Source: Kiritimatiella glycovorans
GTDB taxonomy: Bacteria; Verrucomicrobiota; Kiritimatiellia; Kiritimatiellales; Kiritimatiellaceae
Assembly (NCBI RefSeq): GCF_001017655.1
Contig: NZ_CP010904.1
Coordinates: 1,380,001-1,412,000, forward strand
Reading direction: 5' to 3'
Length of the DNA: 32,000 nt
The translations under genes were made by a program, and so were the position numbers. Below are positions 8,174 through 17,369 of this stretch, one piece after another (position 1 is the stretch's first letter; each line of letters begins with the position of its first letter). The notes beneath the pieces are model-generated. The model was not told the DNA's origin. It saw only the letters and a program-made list of their open reading frames with translations, and ran no database searches.

Positions 8174-9109
8174 ATGAATGGGTTAAGGCAACGAACTGAA
8201 TACCTGGGGGTCCGGGCGACCCTGAACCTCGTGGCCCTGATGCCGGAACCGCTCACGCGCGTGCTGTTCAGGGGTCTCGCGCTGGGCTACTTTCTGGTCG
8301 GCCGACGCCGGCGCCGGCTGACGCTGACGAACCTGCGCGCCGCCCTTCCCGAGCTTCCCGCCCGCCGGAGGCTGCGGCTGGCGCTGGGCACATATCTTCA
8401 CGTCAGCGAAGTGGCGCTGCACAGCGCGCGGATGCTCTGCCGCCTCTGGACGGAGGCGGAGCTTGACGCGCAGGTGGACGACGACGCGGCGCAGCGGCTG
8501 CTCGCGCTCGAAGCGGAGCATGAAAAGGGGCTGATGATTGTCAGCGCGCATCTCGGCGACTGGGAGTTCATGGGCCGTTGCCTTGCGCGTACTCTGCGGC
8601 GCCCGAAGCATCTCGTCGCGCGCAGGAGCGATAACCGTCTGATCGAGGAAGACGTCGTGCGCCGTTTGCGCGGGGTATTCAACACCGGCATCATCTATAA
8701 GAAAGGCGCCGGGACGGCCATGGTCCGGGCCCTGCTCCGCGGCGAGCATGTCGGCATCCTGATCGACCAGAAACTCAGCCGCAAACAGGGCGGCATCGAG
8801 ACCGATTTTTTCGGCCGCCCGGCCCTGGCGGTCAGCGCGCCGGCGGCGCTCGCCCTCCGGTACGACATTCCCGTCGTCCCGGTCTTCCTCTTCCGTACCG
8901 GCCGCAACCGCTACAGGCTCGAGGTCGACGGTCCGGTCGACCCGCCCGCCGAAGGACAACCCGAACGCGAACGCATCGCCGATTTGACACAACGCCTGCA
9001 AAAGATTATCGAAGAGAAGGTTAGAGAGCATCCCGAACAGTGGTTCTGGATGCATGACCGCTGGCGGCCGTCGAAGAAAACAAAGAGGGCGCAAGAGAAT
9101 GTCGGATGA
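8174..9109 (+). CDS. LpxL/HtrB-family lipid A late (lauroyl/myristoyl) acyltransferase
   Basis: A bacterial lipid A biosynthesis acyltransferase pattern is present. It has an N-terminal hydrophobic anchor, the catalytic SAHLGDWE motif (HX4E), ILIDQK, and EHPEQWFWMHDRWR at the C-terminus. The ATG at 8174 was chosen. The track ORF from 7814 is an antisense extension over yebC. Confidence 0.85.
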   Translation: MNGLRQRTEYLGVRATLNLVALMPEPLTRVLFRGLALGYFLVGRRRRRLTLTNLRAALPELPARRRLRLALGTYLHVSEVALHSARMLCRLWTEAELDAQVDDDAAQRLLALEAEHEKGLMIVSAHLGDWEFMGRCLARTLRRPKHLVARRSDNRLIEEDVVRRLRGVFNTGIIYKKGAGTAMVRALLRGEHVGILIDQKLSRKQGGIETDFFGRPALAVSAPAALALRYDIPVVPVFLFRTGRNRYRLEVDGPVDPPAEGQPERERIADLTQRLQKIIEEKVREHPEQWFWMHDRWRPSKKTKRAQENVG

Positions 9110-9198
9110 AGACAGGATGCGCGCGGAAGCGGCAGGACGATTCGGAGATCCGTCCCTACCCCTGGGTACCGTCACGGACATCGCCACACGGGTTTCTC

Positions 9199-10182
9199 AT
9201 GCAGGCTAAGGCACTGGTGATCAGCGACGGCAAGCCGGGACATGTGAACCAGGCGCATGCCCTCTGCCGTCACCTCGAACTCCAGCCCGACACCATAGAG
9301 GTCGCCCACCGTCATCGGTTCGCGCGCGCTGCCACGTATGTGCTGGATCGTCTCGGCGTCAAATCGACCCTCCCCTTCACGATGCAGGCTGACGGACGGC
9401 GGTTTGATCTCCTGCAGTTGCGGCAGCGACGACATGAAACGGCGCTCGTCGTCTCCGCCGGCTCCGCGACCTACTACCCGAACAAGGTGATTGCCGCGGC
9501 CAGCCGGCGTCCGAACGTGGCCATCCTGAATCCCGGGGGGTACCGGCTCGATTTCGACCGCGTGCTCGTTCCCGAATATGACCGGCAGCCCGCGGCCGGG
9601 CCTGTCGTCCCCCTGCCCATCAACCTCTGCGACACCGACCCCGCCTATTACCGCGACCGGCGCGAGGAATTCCTTGAACGCCATCTGCCGCGGAAACGCG
9701 GAGTGGGCCTCATTATCGGGGGACCCAACCACGCCTTTGACATGAACCCCGCCGATATCAGGAGCTACGTGGAACGGATCTTCGACCTCACCCCGGAGCA
9801 CGAGCACTGGGTCACCACCTCGCGCCGCACCCCTCCGGAGGTCGAGGCGGTGATCGACCGGTTTTCCTTTGACTTCAAACTCATCTACAGCCGCGAACCC
9901 TACAACCCCATTCCGGCCTTCATCGCCCTCTGCGACACGTTATGCGTGACCGATGACTCGGCGTCCATGCTGAGCGAGTGCGCCTCGTTCGGGGATGCAC
10001 GGCTCGAGATACTCCCCAACCGTCCACTCAAAAGTCCCAACAAGTTCGAGCGGCTGGTCGAAGGGCTTCGCCGCCGCCGCGCGGCCCACGTATTCGACGG
10101 TTCGCTGGGCGACGAGCGTGAAAAAATTGATCTGGGACCGATCCTGCGGGAAGCGATCAATCCGATATTGAAGAAGTGGTAA
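9199..10182 (+). CDS. ELM1/GtrOC1-like (DUF1022, Mito_fiss_Elm1-type) putative glycosyltransferase-fold protein
   Basis: KALVISDGKPGHVNQAHALCRHL resembles the family N-terminus ..SDG..GH.NQ. A C-terminal VTDDSASMLSE block is present. An alternative start is ATG 9106, which forms an ATGA overlap with the acyltransferase stop but adds 31 non-conserved-looking residues. Confidence 0.6.
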   Translation: MQAKALVISDGKPGHVNQAHALCRHLELQPDTIEVAHRHRFARAATYVLDRLGVKSTLPFTMQADGRRFDLLQLRQRRHETALVVSAGSATYYPNKVIAAASRRPNVAILNPGGYRLDFDRVLVPEYDRQPAAGPVVPLPINLCDTDPAYYRDRREEFLERHLPRKRGVGLIIGGPNHAFDMNPADIRSYVERIFDLTPEHEHWVTTSRRTPPEVEAVIDRFSFDFKLIYSREPYNPIPAFIALCDTLCVTDDSASMLSECASFGDARLEILPNRPLKSPNKFERLVEGLRRRRAAHVFDGSLGDEREKIDLGPILREAINPILKKW

Positions 10183-10186
10183 TCCG

Positions 10187-11287
10187 ATGCATGTGGTCCA
10201 ACTCGTACCCGAACTCAACCAGGGCGGTGTCGAACGCGGGGTGGTCGAATTCAGCCGCGAACTGGTCAAACTCGGCCACCGCTCCACGGTACTGTCGGCG
10301 GGGGGGCGGCTGGTCACGCAACTCAACGCCGAGGGCGGCGAACACTACCCGGCCCCGGTCTGCAGCAAAAACCCGCTCACGGCACCCTGGCGTGTACAAA
10401 CCCTCCGCCGCCTATTCCGAAGTCTCGACCCCGACATCCTGCACGCCCGCAGCCGCGTGCCCGCCTGGCTGACGTATTGGGCCAACAAGCCCCTGGGGAT
10501 TCCGTGGGTGACCACGGTGCACGGGTTCAACAGCATCAGCGCCTACAGCCGGATCATGACGCGCGGCGACCGCGTGATCTGCGTCAGCCATCCGGTTCGC
10601 GAGCACATACTCCAACACTACGATGTATCCGAAGACCGCATCTCCGTGGTGCACCGCGGGGTTGATCCCCGCGTGTTCGACCCCGCCGCAATCGACCGGG
10701 AGTGGATCGACGCGTGGCTGGAGGAGCACGGCATACGAAATCGGCCGATCCTCAGCATGGTGGGACGCATTTCCGAACGCAAGGGATGCGGGACGCTGAT
10801 CCGGGCGATGAACCGGCTGCGCGACGCCCATCCTCAACTGCGTGCGCTGATTGTCGGGGACGCCCATCCCTCGAACCACGCCTGCCTCAGAACACTGCAG
10901 GCCCGGGTGCGCGAACTGGGGCTCGTGGAACGCGTCATCTTTACCGGCGGGATCGATCGGGTCCCCGAGGTCTACGCCCTCAGCCGGGCGGTACTCTCAT
11001 GCTCCCTGAAGCCGGAGAGCTTCGGTCGTTCGCTCACCGAGGCGCTGGCCATGAATACGCCTGTGATCGCTCCCCGGCACGGCGGCGCGCTCGACATTGT
11101 CCGGGACGGGGTGCAGGGATATCTCTTCGAGCCGGACGACGACGAGCAGCTCGCGGCGGCCATCGTCCGGGTGCTCGAACGGGAGTGGACGGGGCTGCGC
11201 GACCATGTGCTGCGCAACTTCACGCTCGACCGGATGACCGCGCAGGTGCTGGAGGTCTACGATTCGCTGACGGCGACGACCCGGTAG
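10187..11287 (+). CDS. GT4-family glycosyltransferase (RfaG/WaaG-like)
   Basis: The N-terminus is MHVVQLVPELNQGGVERGVVEFSRELVKLGH. The C-terminal GT-B half carries the EX7E motif ESFGRSLTE followed by ALAMNTPVIA. ATG verified at 10187. Confidence 0.85.
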   Translation: MHVVQLVPELNQGGVERGVVEFSRELVKLGHRSTVLSAGGRLVTQLNAEGGEHYPAPVCSKNPLTAPWRVQTLRRLFRSLDPDILHARSRVPAWLTYWANKPLGIPWVTTVHGFNSISAYSRIMTRGDRVICVSHPVREHILQHYDVSEDRISVVHRGVDPRVFDPAAIDREWIDAWLEEHGIRNRPILSMVGRISERKGCGTLIRAMNRLRDAHPQLRALIVGDAHPSNHACLRTLQARVRELGLVERVIFTGGIDRVPEVYALSRAVLSCSLKPESFGRSLTEALAMNTPVIAPRHGGALDIVRDGVQGYLFEPDDDEQLAAAIVRVLEREWTGLRDHVLRNFTLDRMTAQVLEVYDSLTATTR

Positions 11288-12303
11288 AGCGCTTCGATCT
11301 GCGGGATCACGGCTTCTTCACAGTACCTGCGGCGGTACCATTCGAGCGCGCATTGCGCCCGGCGCACGGCGTCTCCGGGGTTCTCCAGCGCGGTACGCAT
11401 CGCTTCGAGAAGCGAATCCGCCGAATCGACAGAGGCGAAAAAGGCCGAATCGTCCGCAAGCACCTCGGACGGGCCGCGCGTCTTCGTAGTCACAATCGGT
11501 ATTCCGCGCGCCATGGCCTCGAGCATGACGATCCCGAACGGTTCGTCGCGCGAGGGCAGCACGAAGAGATCGGCTTGATCGAGCGCGGATGAGACATCGT
11601 CGATCCAGACGCCGAGGCGCACACGGTCCGAGACTCCGAGTTTCCGCGCGAGGGAGGAAAGCGCGTCCTGTTCAGGTCCCCCGCCACCGAGGGTAAGCTG
11701 CAGGTCCCTGCCCTCCTCCACCAGCGCCGCAAACGCACGGAGAAGCAGGTCGAATCCCTTTTTCGGCACGTAGCGGCCGTAGGAGAGCAGCCGGCGCGCG
11801 GTCCGCGCTTCCCGGACGCGGGCCTCTTCCACGGCGGGAACCCGCGAAAAATTGGGAATGAGCCGCAGCCGATCCTCCGGCCAGTCGTGCTCGCGCGCGT
11901 AGTCGACCTGGTGCCGGGTGGTTCCGATCAGCACATCGACGTCGCGGTAACAGGAGAGATCCGCGTAATTGTGAAGTTTGGCCACCACGGGGACGCCGGC
12001 CCCCGCTGCGGCCCTGCCCCCCAGCTTCGCCGCCCGGCGCAGCTGCGTGTGTACCGCCGAGGGCCGGAAGGCCTTAAGTTTTGCGCGGATGCGGCGCACC
12101 GCCAGCCGGTCCCAGTCTCCGAGTACGCGAACCGGGGCGACGCGCACTCCACGGATGCCTTCCAGCTTTTCTTTCCCCTTGAACGCCGGATGGCAGACGG
12201 CCTGCACCTCGTGCCCGCGCGCCGACATCGCCAGCGCGGTATCCACGAAAGACCGTTCCGCACCGCCGAATCCTTTACTCAACATGATGTGCGTCATGCG
12301 CAT
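11257..12303 (-). CDS. GT4-family glycosyltransferase
   Basis: The N-terminus is IMLSKGFGGAERSFVDTALAMSARGHEV. The EX7E motif is EPFGIVMLE, followed by AMARGIPIV. ATG at 12301-12303. The 3' end overlaps the convergent GT4 gene by 31 nt. Confidence 0.85.
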   Translation of the reverse strand: MRMTHIMLSKGFGGAERSFVDTALAMSARGHEVQAVCHPAFKGKEKLEGIRGVRVAPVRVLGDWDRLAVRRIRAKLKAFRPSAVHTQLRRAAKLGGRAAAGAGVPVVAKLHNYADLSCYRDVDVLIGTTRHQVDYAREHDWPEDRLRLIPNFSRVPAVEEARVREARTARRLLSYGRYVPKKGFDLLLRAFAALVEEGRDLQLTLGGGGPEQDALSSLARKLGVSDRVRLGVWIDDVSSALDQADLFVLPSRDEPFGIVMLEAMARGIPIVTTKTRGPSEVLADDSAFFASVDSADSLLEAMRTALENPGDAVRRAQCALEWYRRRYCEEAVIPQIEALYRVVAVSES

Positions 12304-12518
12304 GATCGAACCCTACGCTCCAGTGGCGCGGCGCTCAACTGCGAAGGATCGTTTCAACGCTCAAACTCTCACCCTCCCGCCTTTTCTTTACGCACGGGGT
12401 CAGATAGGATTTCGTCACAAGGTCTCCGGAACACATGGAAGGCGGGAAGCAGGAGGTAGGTCGTGATCGGTGTCGAGCCCGAGGTCAGTATTCAGCCCCT
12501 GTCGTCCCGATCGTAATC

Positions 12519-13541
12519 ATGCGCATCGTACACGTCGACAATCTGCAGATCCGCCGCTACGGGCGCGCGAAGGTTTCGACCGGCCGCAAGCTGATGTACG
12601 GCATGGTCCGCAACAACTACAAGGTCTGTGAGTTCAGCGAACGCGACATCGCGCGCTTCGAAGCGCCGCTGAAGATCAAACCGCTCGGCGTGCGTATCGC
12701 CAACCGCCGCCTGATCGAGACCTGCGACAACTTCCATCCCGACCTGGTGCTCATGGGGCACTGCGATCTGATCGAAAACGGTACGCTTCGGGAGATCCGG
12801 CGCCTGCTGCCCTCCGTCAGGATCGCCTACCGGAACGTCGATCCGCCCTGGGAGGAGCGGAACATCGAACGTGTGCGGCGAAGGATGGAGGCGGCGGATG
12901 CGATTTTCATGACGACGGGCGGGGATTTTCTGCGGCAGTTCTGCACCGGAAAGAACAGGGTCGCCTGGATGCCGAACCCCTGCGACCCCGCCGTAGAGGA
13001 TCAGAATAATGCGGAGAAGACCGCCTTTGATCGGGATCTGGTGTTCTGCGGCGTGGGCCAGCCGACGGATGAGCGCTATCCTTTCATCGAACAACTTCAT
13101 GATGAACTCAAAGGCCGGCTGAAATTCGAGAGCTTCGGCATGCACGGCCACCCCGCCGTATGGGGACGCGACTACGACGACGTCATTGCGGGCAGCCGGA
13201 TGGGACTGAATCTCGACCGGTTTCGCGGCCACGAACTCTATTCCTCCGCCCGCATCTCGCAATTGATGGGCAACGGTCTGCTTACCGTCCTGTGGGAGCG
13301 CACGGATCTGAAGCGCTTCATCGACGACGGGATGGCGCTTTACTTTCGCGACATGGACGACCTCGTCGCGAAGCTGAACCACTATCGAAAACATGATGAA
13401 GAGCGCCGCGCCGTCGCCGCCCGCGGACGCGATTTCTATCAGCGCGCCTTCTCCGGCCGGGCCGTCAGCCGGTTTATGGTTGAAACCACGCTCACCGGCG
13501 AGGCAGGCGACGCGCCCTGGGCCGATCAGATCTACCCATGA
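12519..13541 (+). CDS. CgeB-like glycosyltransferase (DUF3880 + Glyco_trans_1_2-type C-terminal domain)
   Basis: The C-terminal block GLNLDRF....LYSSARISQLMGNGLLTV...FIDDGMALYFRDMDDLVAKLNHYRKHDEERRAVAARGRDFYQRAFS follows the Glyco_trans_1_2 pattern. ATG at 12519 (MRIVHVDN) was chosen over the track start at 12435. Confidence 0.7.
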   Translation: MRIVHVDNLQIRRYGRAKVSTGRKLMYGMVRNNYKVCEFSERDIARFEAPLKIKPLGVRIANRRLIETCDNFHPDLVLMGHCDLIENGTLREIRRLLPSVRIAYRNVDPPWEERNIERVRRRMEAADAIFMTTGGDFLRQFCTGKNRVAWMPNPCDPAVEDQNNAEKTAFDRDLVFCGVGQPTDERYPFIEQLHDELKGRLKFESFGMHGHPAVWGRDYDDVIAGSRMGLNLDRFRGHELYSSARISQLMGNGLLTVLWERTDLKRFIDDGMALYFRDMDDLVAKLNHYRKHDEERRAVAARGRDFYQRAFSGRAVSRFMVETTLTGEAGDAPWADQIYP

Positions 13542-13556
13542 ACGGAGCTGCAACGG

Positions 13557-14471
13557 ATGAAGACCCTTCTCCACGTCGGATACCCCAAGTGCGCCAGCAC
13601 CTACCTGCAGAAGATCGTGTTCCCGAAGGCGGGCGCGTACTCGAACATCGCCTTTGCTCCGGCAGATGAAAAAGGAGAACCCCTCAGGCGCGATTTCGAT
13701 CCGGACCGTTTTCGAAGCCTCGTACACCGGCATCGCGTCGACGATCTCAGCGAACCCGAACGGCTGGTGGTTTCCTGCGAAGACTGGTGCGATCATCTGA
13801 CCGCGCCGTTTGTGGACAATTTCTTCGCCTACAACGGACTCGACCGCGCCCGCTTCGAGTTTTCCAACCAGCGCATCGCGAATAACCTCAAGACCGCTTT
13901 TCCGGACGCCTCCGTGATCGTCGTGCTGCGTGATCCGATCGAGTGGTGCCGCTCGCGCTACAAGTCGCTGTTCCGCGGCGGGCGGGTGGATGCTCCGTTC
14001 GAACGATACCTTCATCCGCTGACCGAGACCTACGACACCGCCGTCGAACGCTGGCGGTCGCTGTTCGGCGCGGAGCGCGTCCTCGTGATTCCGTACGAGC
14101 TCATCCGGGCCGACCGACAGGCTTTCGTCGACCGCATCACGGAGTTCATCCGTCCGGGACTGCGGGTGGACGCCCCGGATCGACGGGTCAACGCCGCCCC
14201 CGACCTGGCCCGCGAGGTCTTTTTTGAGCGCAAAACCAAACGCCTGCGACGCGCGCTCCGCAGCCGCCGGATGGGGTGGCTCTACGCTCCGGCCCGGGCC
14301 GCGCTGACCGTCGCCGCCAGACCTGCCCTGCGCCGCACCTGGGGCGACGCGCCCTTCGAGGTTCCCTTCGATCCGGCCAGGGTGCCGGAGACGATGAAGG
14401 CCTTCGCCGAGGCCGACCGGAAAGTGGAACGGATGACGGGGCTGGATCTCAAGGCGCTCGGGTATCCCTGA
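13557..14471 (+). CDS. Predicted PAPS-dependent sulfotransferase, atypical family A (paralogue 1 of 4)
   Basis: A 5'-PSB-like loop HVGYPKCASTYLQ sits at residues 6-18. A 3'-PB-like strand-helix VIVVLRDPIEWCRSRY is present. It shares SCEDW, RVLVIPYE and the C-terminal TGLDLKALGY with the three minus-strand paralogues. Confidence 0.75.
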   Translation: MKTLLHVGYPKCASTYLQKIVFPKAGAYSNIAFAPADEKGEPLRRDFDPDRFRSLVHRHRVDDLSEPERLVVSCEDWCDHLTAPFVDNFFAYNGLDRARFEFSNQRIANNLKTAFPDASVIVVLRDPIEWCRSRYKSLFRGGRVDAPFERYLHPLTETYDTAVERWRSLFGAERVLVIPYELIRADRQAFVDRITEFIRPGLRVDAPDRRVNAAPDLAREVFFERKTKRLRRALRSRRMGWLYAPARAALTVAARPALRRTWGDAPFEVPFDPARVPETMKAFAEADRKVERMTGLDLKALGYP

Positions 14472-14597
14472 GGGGAGCGGGAGACGGGAGAGCGTGTGAG
14501 TGAGAAACCAAATGCCTGAGCAGGATGCAGGGGTTATCTACGAAGAGTTCCATACAGCTATTTTCCAAGACCACGAACACCCCCGGGAACCCGTGAC

Positions 14598-15404
14598 ATG
14601 GGCCTGACGAGCAAATTCATGAGGACGGAAAAGCCGGTGCGGAGTGCACGGGAGTACCTCCGCAATCGGAGCCGGGGGCTCCGATGTGACCGGCCGCCGG
14701 TATTTATCGTGGGCTGCGGACACAGCGGCACCTCGCTGATGCTGCGCATCGTCGACATGCACTCCTCGATTTACGGCGTTCCTTTTGAGAGCCGCGTGCT
14801 CTTGCGGTCACGATTTAAAATCCGGATGGCGGAGGCGCTCTGGCGCAAAAACGCCGTCGCCGCCGCCAAGCGCCGCTGGGCGGAAAAAACGCCCGCGCAT
14901 GTCTACTGCATCGACCGAATCTTCCGAATATGGCCGCAAGCCCGGGTGATCCTCATGCGGCGCGACGGGCGCGACGTGGCGGTATCGCTGCGTGAGCGGT
15001 GGGGGGACTTCGACCGCGCGGTCCATCGCTGGATCGAAGATAATCGCGCGGGCGATGCGTGGTGCGGCGACCCGCGTGTGTTTGAGCTCCGGTACGAGGA
15101 TCTCGTCCGGGACTTCGAGCCGCGGATGCGGGAGGTGATGACCTTCCTGGGAGAGCGGTTCGAAGAAGGACTGGCAGACTTTCACACCCAGACGACGGTT
15201 TACGGGGGAGAGTCCGCGGGGATCCGGAAACAACCCGACCTGCCCCCGAACCGCGCCCTCCGGAAAGCGCAGCTCAGGAACCCCCTTTACGACGGATCGG
15301 GACGCTGGCGCGACGAGATGAGTGCAGACGAGAAGTGCCGGTTCAAAGAACGGGCCGGCGATCTGCTGATCGACCTGGGGTACGCCGGGGATCTCAACTG
15401 GTGA
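14598..15404 (+). CDS. Sulfotransferase (Sulfotransfer_3-like, P-loop type)
   Basis: The 5'-PSB motif is FIVGCGHSGTSLMLRIV, the 3'-PB motif is VILMRRDGRDVAVSL, and LRYEDLVRDFEPRMREVMTFLG is typical of bacterial sulfotransferases. ATG at 14598; an alternative ATG lies at 14619. Confidence 0.8.
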   Translation: MGLTSKFMRTEKPVRSAREYLRNRSRGLRCDRPPVFIVGCGHSGTSLMLRIVDMHSSIYGVPFESRVLLRSRFKIRMAEALWRKNAVAAAKRRWAEKTPAHVYCIDRIFRIWPQARVILMRRDGRDVAVSLRERWGDFDRAVHRWIEDNRAGDAWCGDPRVFELRYEDLVRDFEPRMREVMTFLGERFEEGLADFHTQTTVYGGESAGIRKQPDLPPNRALRKAQLRNPLYDGSGRWRDEMSADEKCRFKERAGDLLIDLGYAGDLNW

Positions 15405-15414
15405 AGCCTATGCT

Positions 15415-16371
15415 TCAACCCCCGTATCCCAGGGCCGCGAAGTCGATATCCGTCATCTCAGAAAGACGGCGGCTGCATGCCTCCAGCACGGGGCGGAGTT
15501 CCTTGCGCGAGGACTCGGGGACCACGACCCGGTCGCGCCGGTTTCCGTACTGCAGCGCGTAGCGCGCACGGTGCACCGTCTTGACCCAGAAGCGCGCCGC
15601 TTCATAGCGCGCCTTTTCCGCCAGGGTGGCGCGCGCGCCCGTGGGACGCAGGGTCTGTTTCAGGTGCGCCTTATCGCGCATCACCGCCACCTCCCGGCGG
15701 TAGAGCGCGCCCTGATTGCTGGGCGTGTGCGGGGCGCGGACCGTCGCGCCCGGGGCAATCAGTTTTGCCGCCGCCTCGGCGAAACGCTGCGGATCCTCAA
15801 GGATCCACTCGAAAGGCACCACCCGCACACGATCCGCGCCGAAGGCCTCGCGGAAACGGGCCACGGTGCCGTCGTATCCCTCCAGTTCCGGGACGAGCAA
15901 CTCTTCGATCGGCGCGGACGTCTGATGGTGCCTGTAGTGCATGCGGTACTTCGAGATCGCCCAGGCGAGCGGTTCGCGGACGACGATCAGTACTTTGGCT
16001 CCCGGCCAGGTGCGCGCGAGATTCTCCACGATGCGCGCATTCCGGGGCTCATACGGAGTGGGATCGAGTCCGTTCAGCTCCGCGGCCCGGAGGAGCAGGT
16101 CTTCGATCCCGCGAAACCAGAGCTCCACCCAGTCCTCGCAGGAAACAATATGGCGCCGGCCGGGTTCCGGTCCGGGCACACGGCAGGCCCCGGCGCGTTC
16201 GCGAAGCACCTCCGGGTCCATGTCCGCCAGGAAGGGCAGCATTTTCGTTTCGCGCGATTCCGGCGCGAGATTCGACTGATCGCCGAGCTGCGGAAAGATA
16301 CACTGCTGCAGGTAGGTGCTCGCGCTTTTGGGATAGCCCACATGAAGGATCACTTCTTCGCCGCCGCTCAT
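15415..16371 (-). CDS. Predicted sulfotransferase, atypical family A (paralogue 2)
   Basis: Shared family motifs are present: HVGYPKSASTYLQ, VSCEDW, VLIVVREPLAWAISKY, RVRVVPFE, and the C-terminal TDIDFAALGY. The ATG at 16371 overlaps the upstream stop (ATGA), with GGAGGAGG upstream. Confidence 0.75.
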   Translation of the reverse strand: MSGGEEVILHVGYPKSASTYLQQCIFPQLGDQSNLAPESRETKMLPFLADMDPEVLRERAGACRVPGPEPGRRHIVSCEDWVELWFRGIEDLLLRAAELNGLDPTPYEPRNARIVENLARTWPGAKVLIVVREPLAWAISKYRMHYRHHQTSAPIEELLVPELEGYDGTVARFREAFGADRVRVVPFEWILEDPQRFAEAAAKLIAPGATVRAPHTPSNQGALYRREVAVMRDKAHLKQTLRPTGARATLAEKARYEAARFWVKTVHRARYALQYGNRRDRVVVPESSRKELRPVLEACSRRLSEMTDIDFAALGYGG

Positions 16372-17369
16372 GGCCTCCTCCCCTCCCGCCGCGGCCCGGT
16401 CCGGTAGCCGTACCGCTCCAGATCCAGACCGGTGCGCTCGCAGAGCCTGCGCAGACCGGGGGCGAACGCATCCCGTATCCGCGCCGCGCAGGCCTCATCC
16501 ACTTCGATATCGAAAGGCTGATCCCCATACCGCAGAAAGTTCTTGAAGCGGACCTGCGTGGAGACCTTCCAGCGGGCGAGACGGTGCCTCAGCCGGGCCC
16601 GCAGGCTGCGGCACTTGCACGGCTCCCACTCCGCCTTGACCCTCGCCTTCTCCCGTCCCGTCTCGACGGTTCGCCGCAGCGGCGGGGCGGCATTTAATTT
16701 CCTCTGCGGCGCGGCGAGCTCGATGCCGGGGGCGATGAACGAGGTCACCTGATCGACGAAAGCGGAGGCGTCCTCCCGCAGCAGCTCGAACGGGATCACA
16801 CGAACCTGCGGGGGGCCGAAAAGTTCTCTGTAGCGCTGCTCCATCCCATCGTAATCCTCCAGCGGTTCGCGCGTGAATTCCGCGAAGGTCGAAGAGGTCT
16901 GTCCCGCCCGGTAGTGCATCTTGTAGCGCGAAAGGGCCCACTGCACCGGTTCCCGTATCACGATGAGGATCCGGGCGCCGGGGTGTTCCGCTTTAAGGCG
17001 CGCCGCGATATCCGCATTGTCCCGCAGACATCGATCCGGATCGACTCCGTGCCGGCGAAGATTGCGGGCGAAATGGTCCTCGAATCCCCGGAACAGGAAT
17101 TGCACGAAGGCCTCGCACGATATGATGGAGTGCGGTCGATCGCTCCGCACGCAGGTCCGCCGGTTTTCGATGAGGCGGCGATAGCGCTGCGGGTTCATAT
17201 CGCTCATCAGTAGATAGCATTTTTCATCCCACGGCGCGGCGGACAGGTTCGTAACGTTGCCGAGTTCCGGAAAGATGAGCTGCTGGAGATAGGTACTCGC
17301 GCATTTCGGGTACCCGATATGGAGCACCGGAGGATGGGCCTCGGTGATATGGGACGATTCCGTGTTCAT
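16368..17369 (-). CDS. Predicted sulfotransferase, atypical family A (paralogue 3)
   Basis: Shared family motifs are present: HIGYPKCASTYLQ, ISCEAF, ILIVIREPVQWALSRY, VRVIPFE, TGLDLERYGY. The ATG at 17369 (MNTESS...) was chosen because it forms an ATGA overlap with the upstream stop and has GGAGGG upstream. The 148-codon N-terminal extension in the track overlaps the neighbouring gene in another frame. Confidence 0.75.
   Translation of the reverse strand: MNTESSHITEAHPPVLHIGYPKCASTYLQQLIFPELGNVTNLSAAPWDEKCYLLMSDMNPQRYRRLIENRRTCVRSDRPHSIISCEAFVQFLFRGFEDHFARNLRRHGVDPDRCLRDNADIAARLKAEHPGARILIVIREPVQWALSRYKMHYRAGQTSSTFAEFTREPLEDYDGMEQRYRELFGPPQVRVIPFELLREDASAFVDQVTSFIAPGIELAAPQRKLNAAPPLRRTVETGREKARVKAEWEPCKCRSLRARLRHRLARWKVSTQVRFKNFLRYGDQPFDIEVDEACAARIRDAFAPGLRRLCERTGLDLERYGYRTGPRREGRRP

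Noticed and set aside
8183-9187. A 334-aa minus-strand ORF opposite the LpxL-family gene. ORFs 9172-9807(-), 5691-6665(-), 3758-4807(+), 166-984(+) and 15571-16407(+) are similar cases.
   Set aside because: All are antisense to genes with strong family signatures and all show the typical high-G+C shadow-ORF composition.
12492-14015. A 507-aa ORF on the minus strand spanning the CgeB-like GT and the first sulfotransferase.
   Set aside because: It is antisense to two plus-strand genes that have clear family motifs. Its translation is Arg/Ala/Gly/Val-rich and has no recognisable domain. Long stop-free antisense frames are expected at this G+C content.
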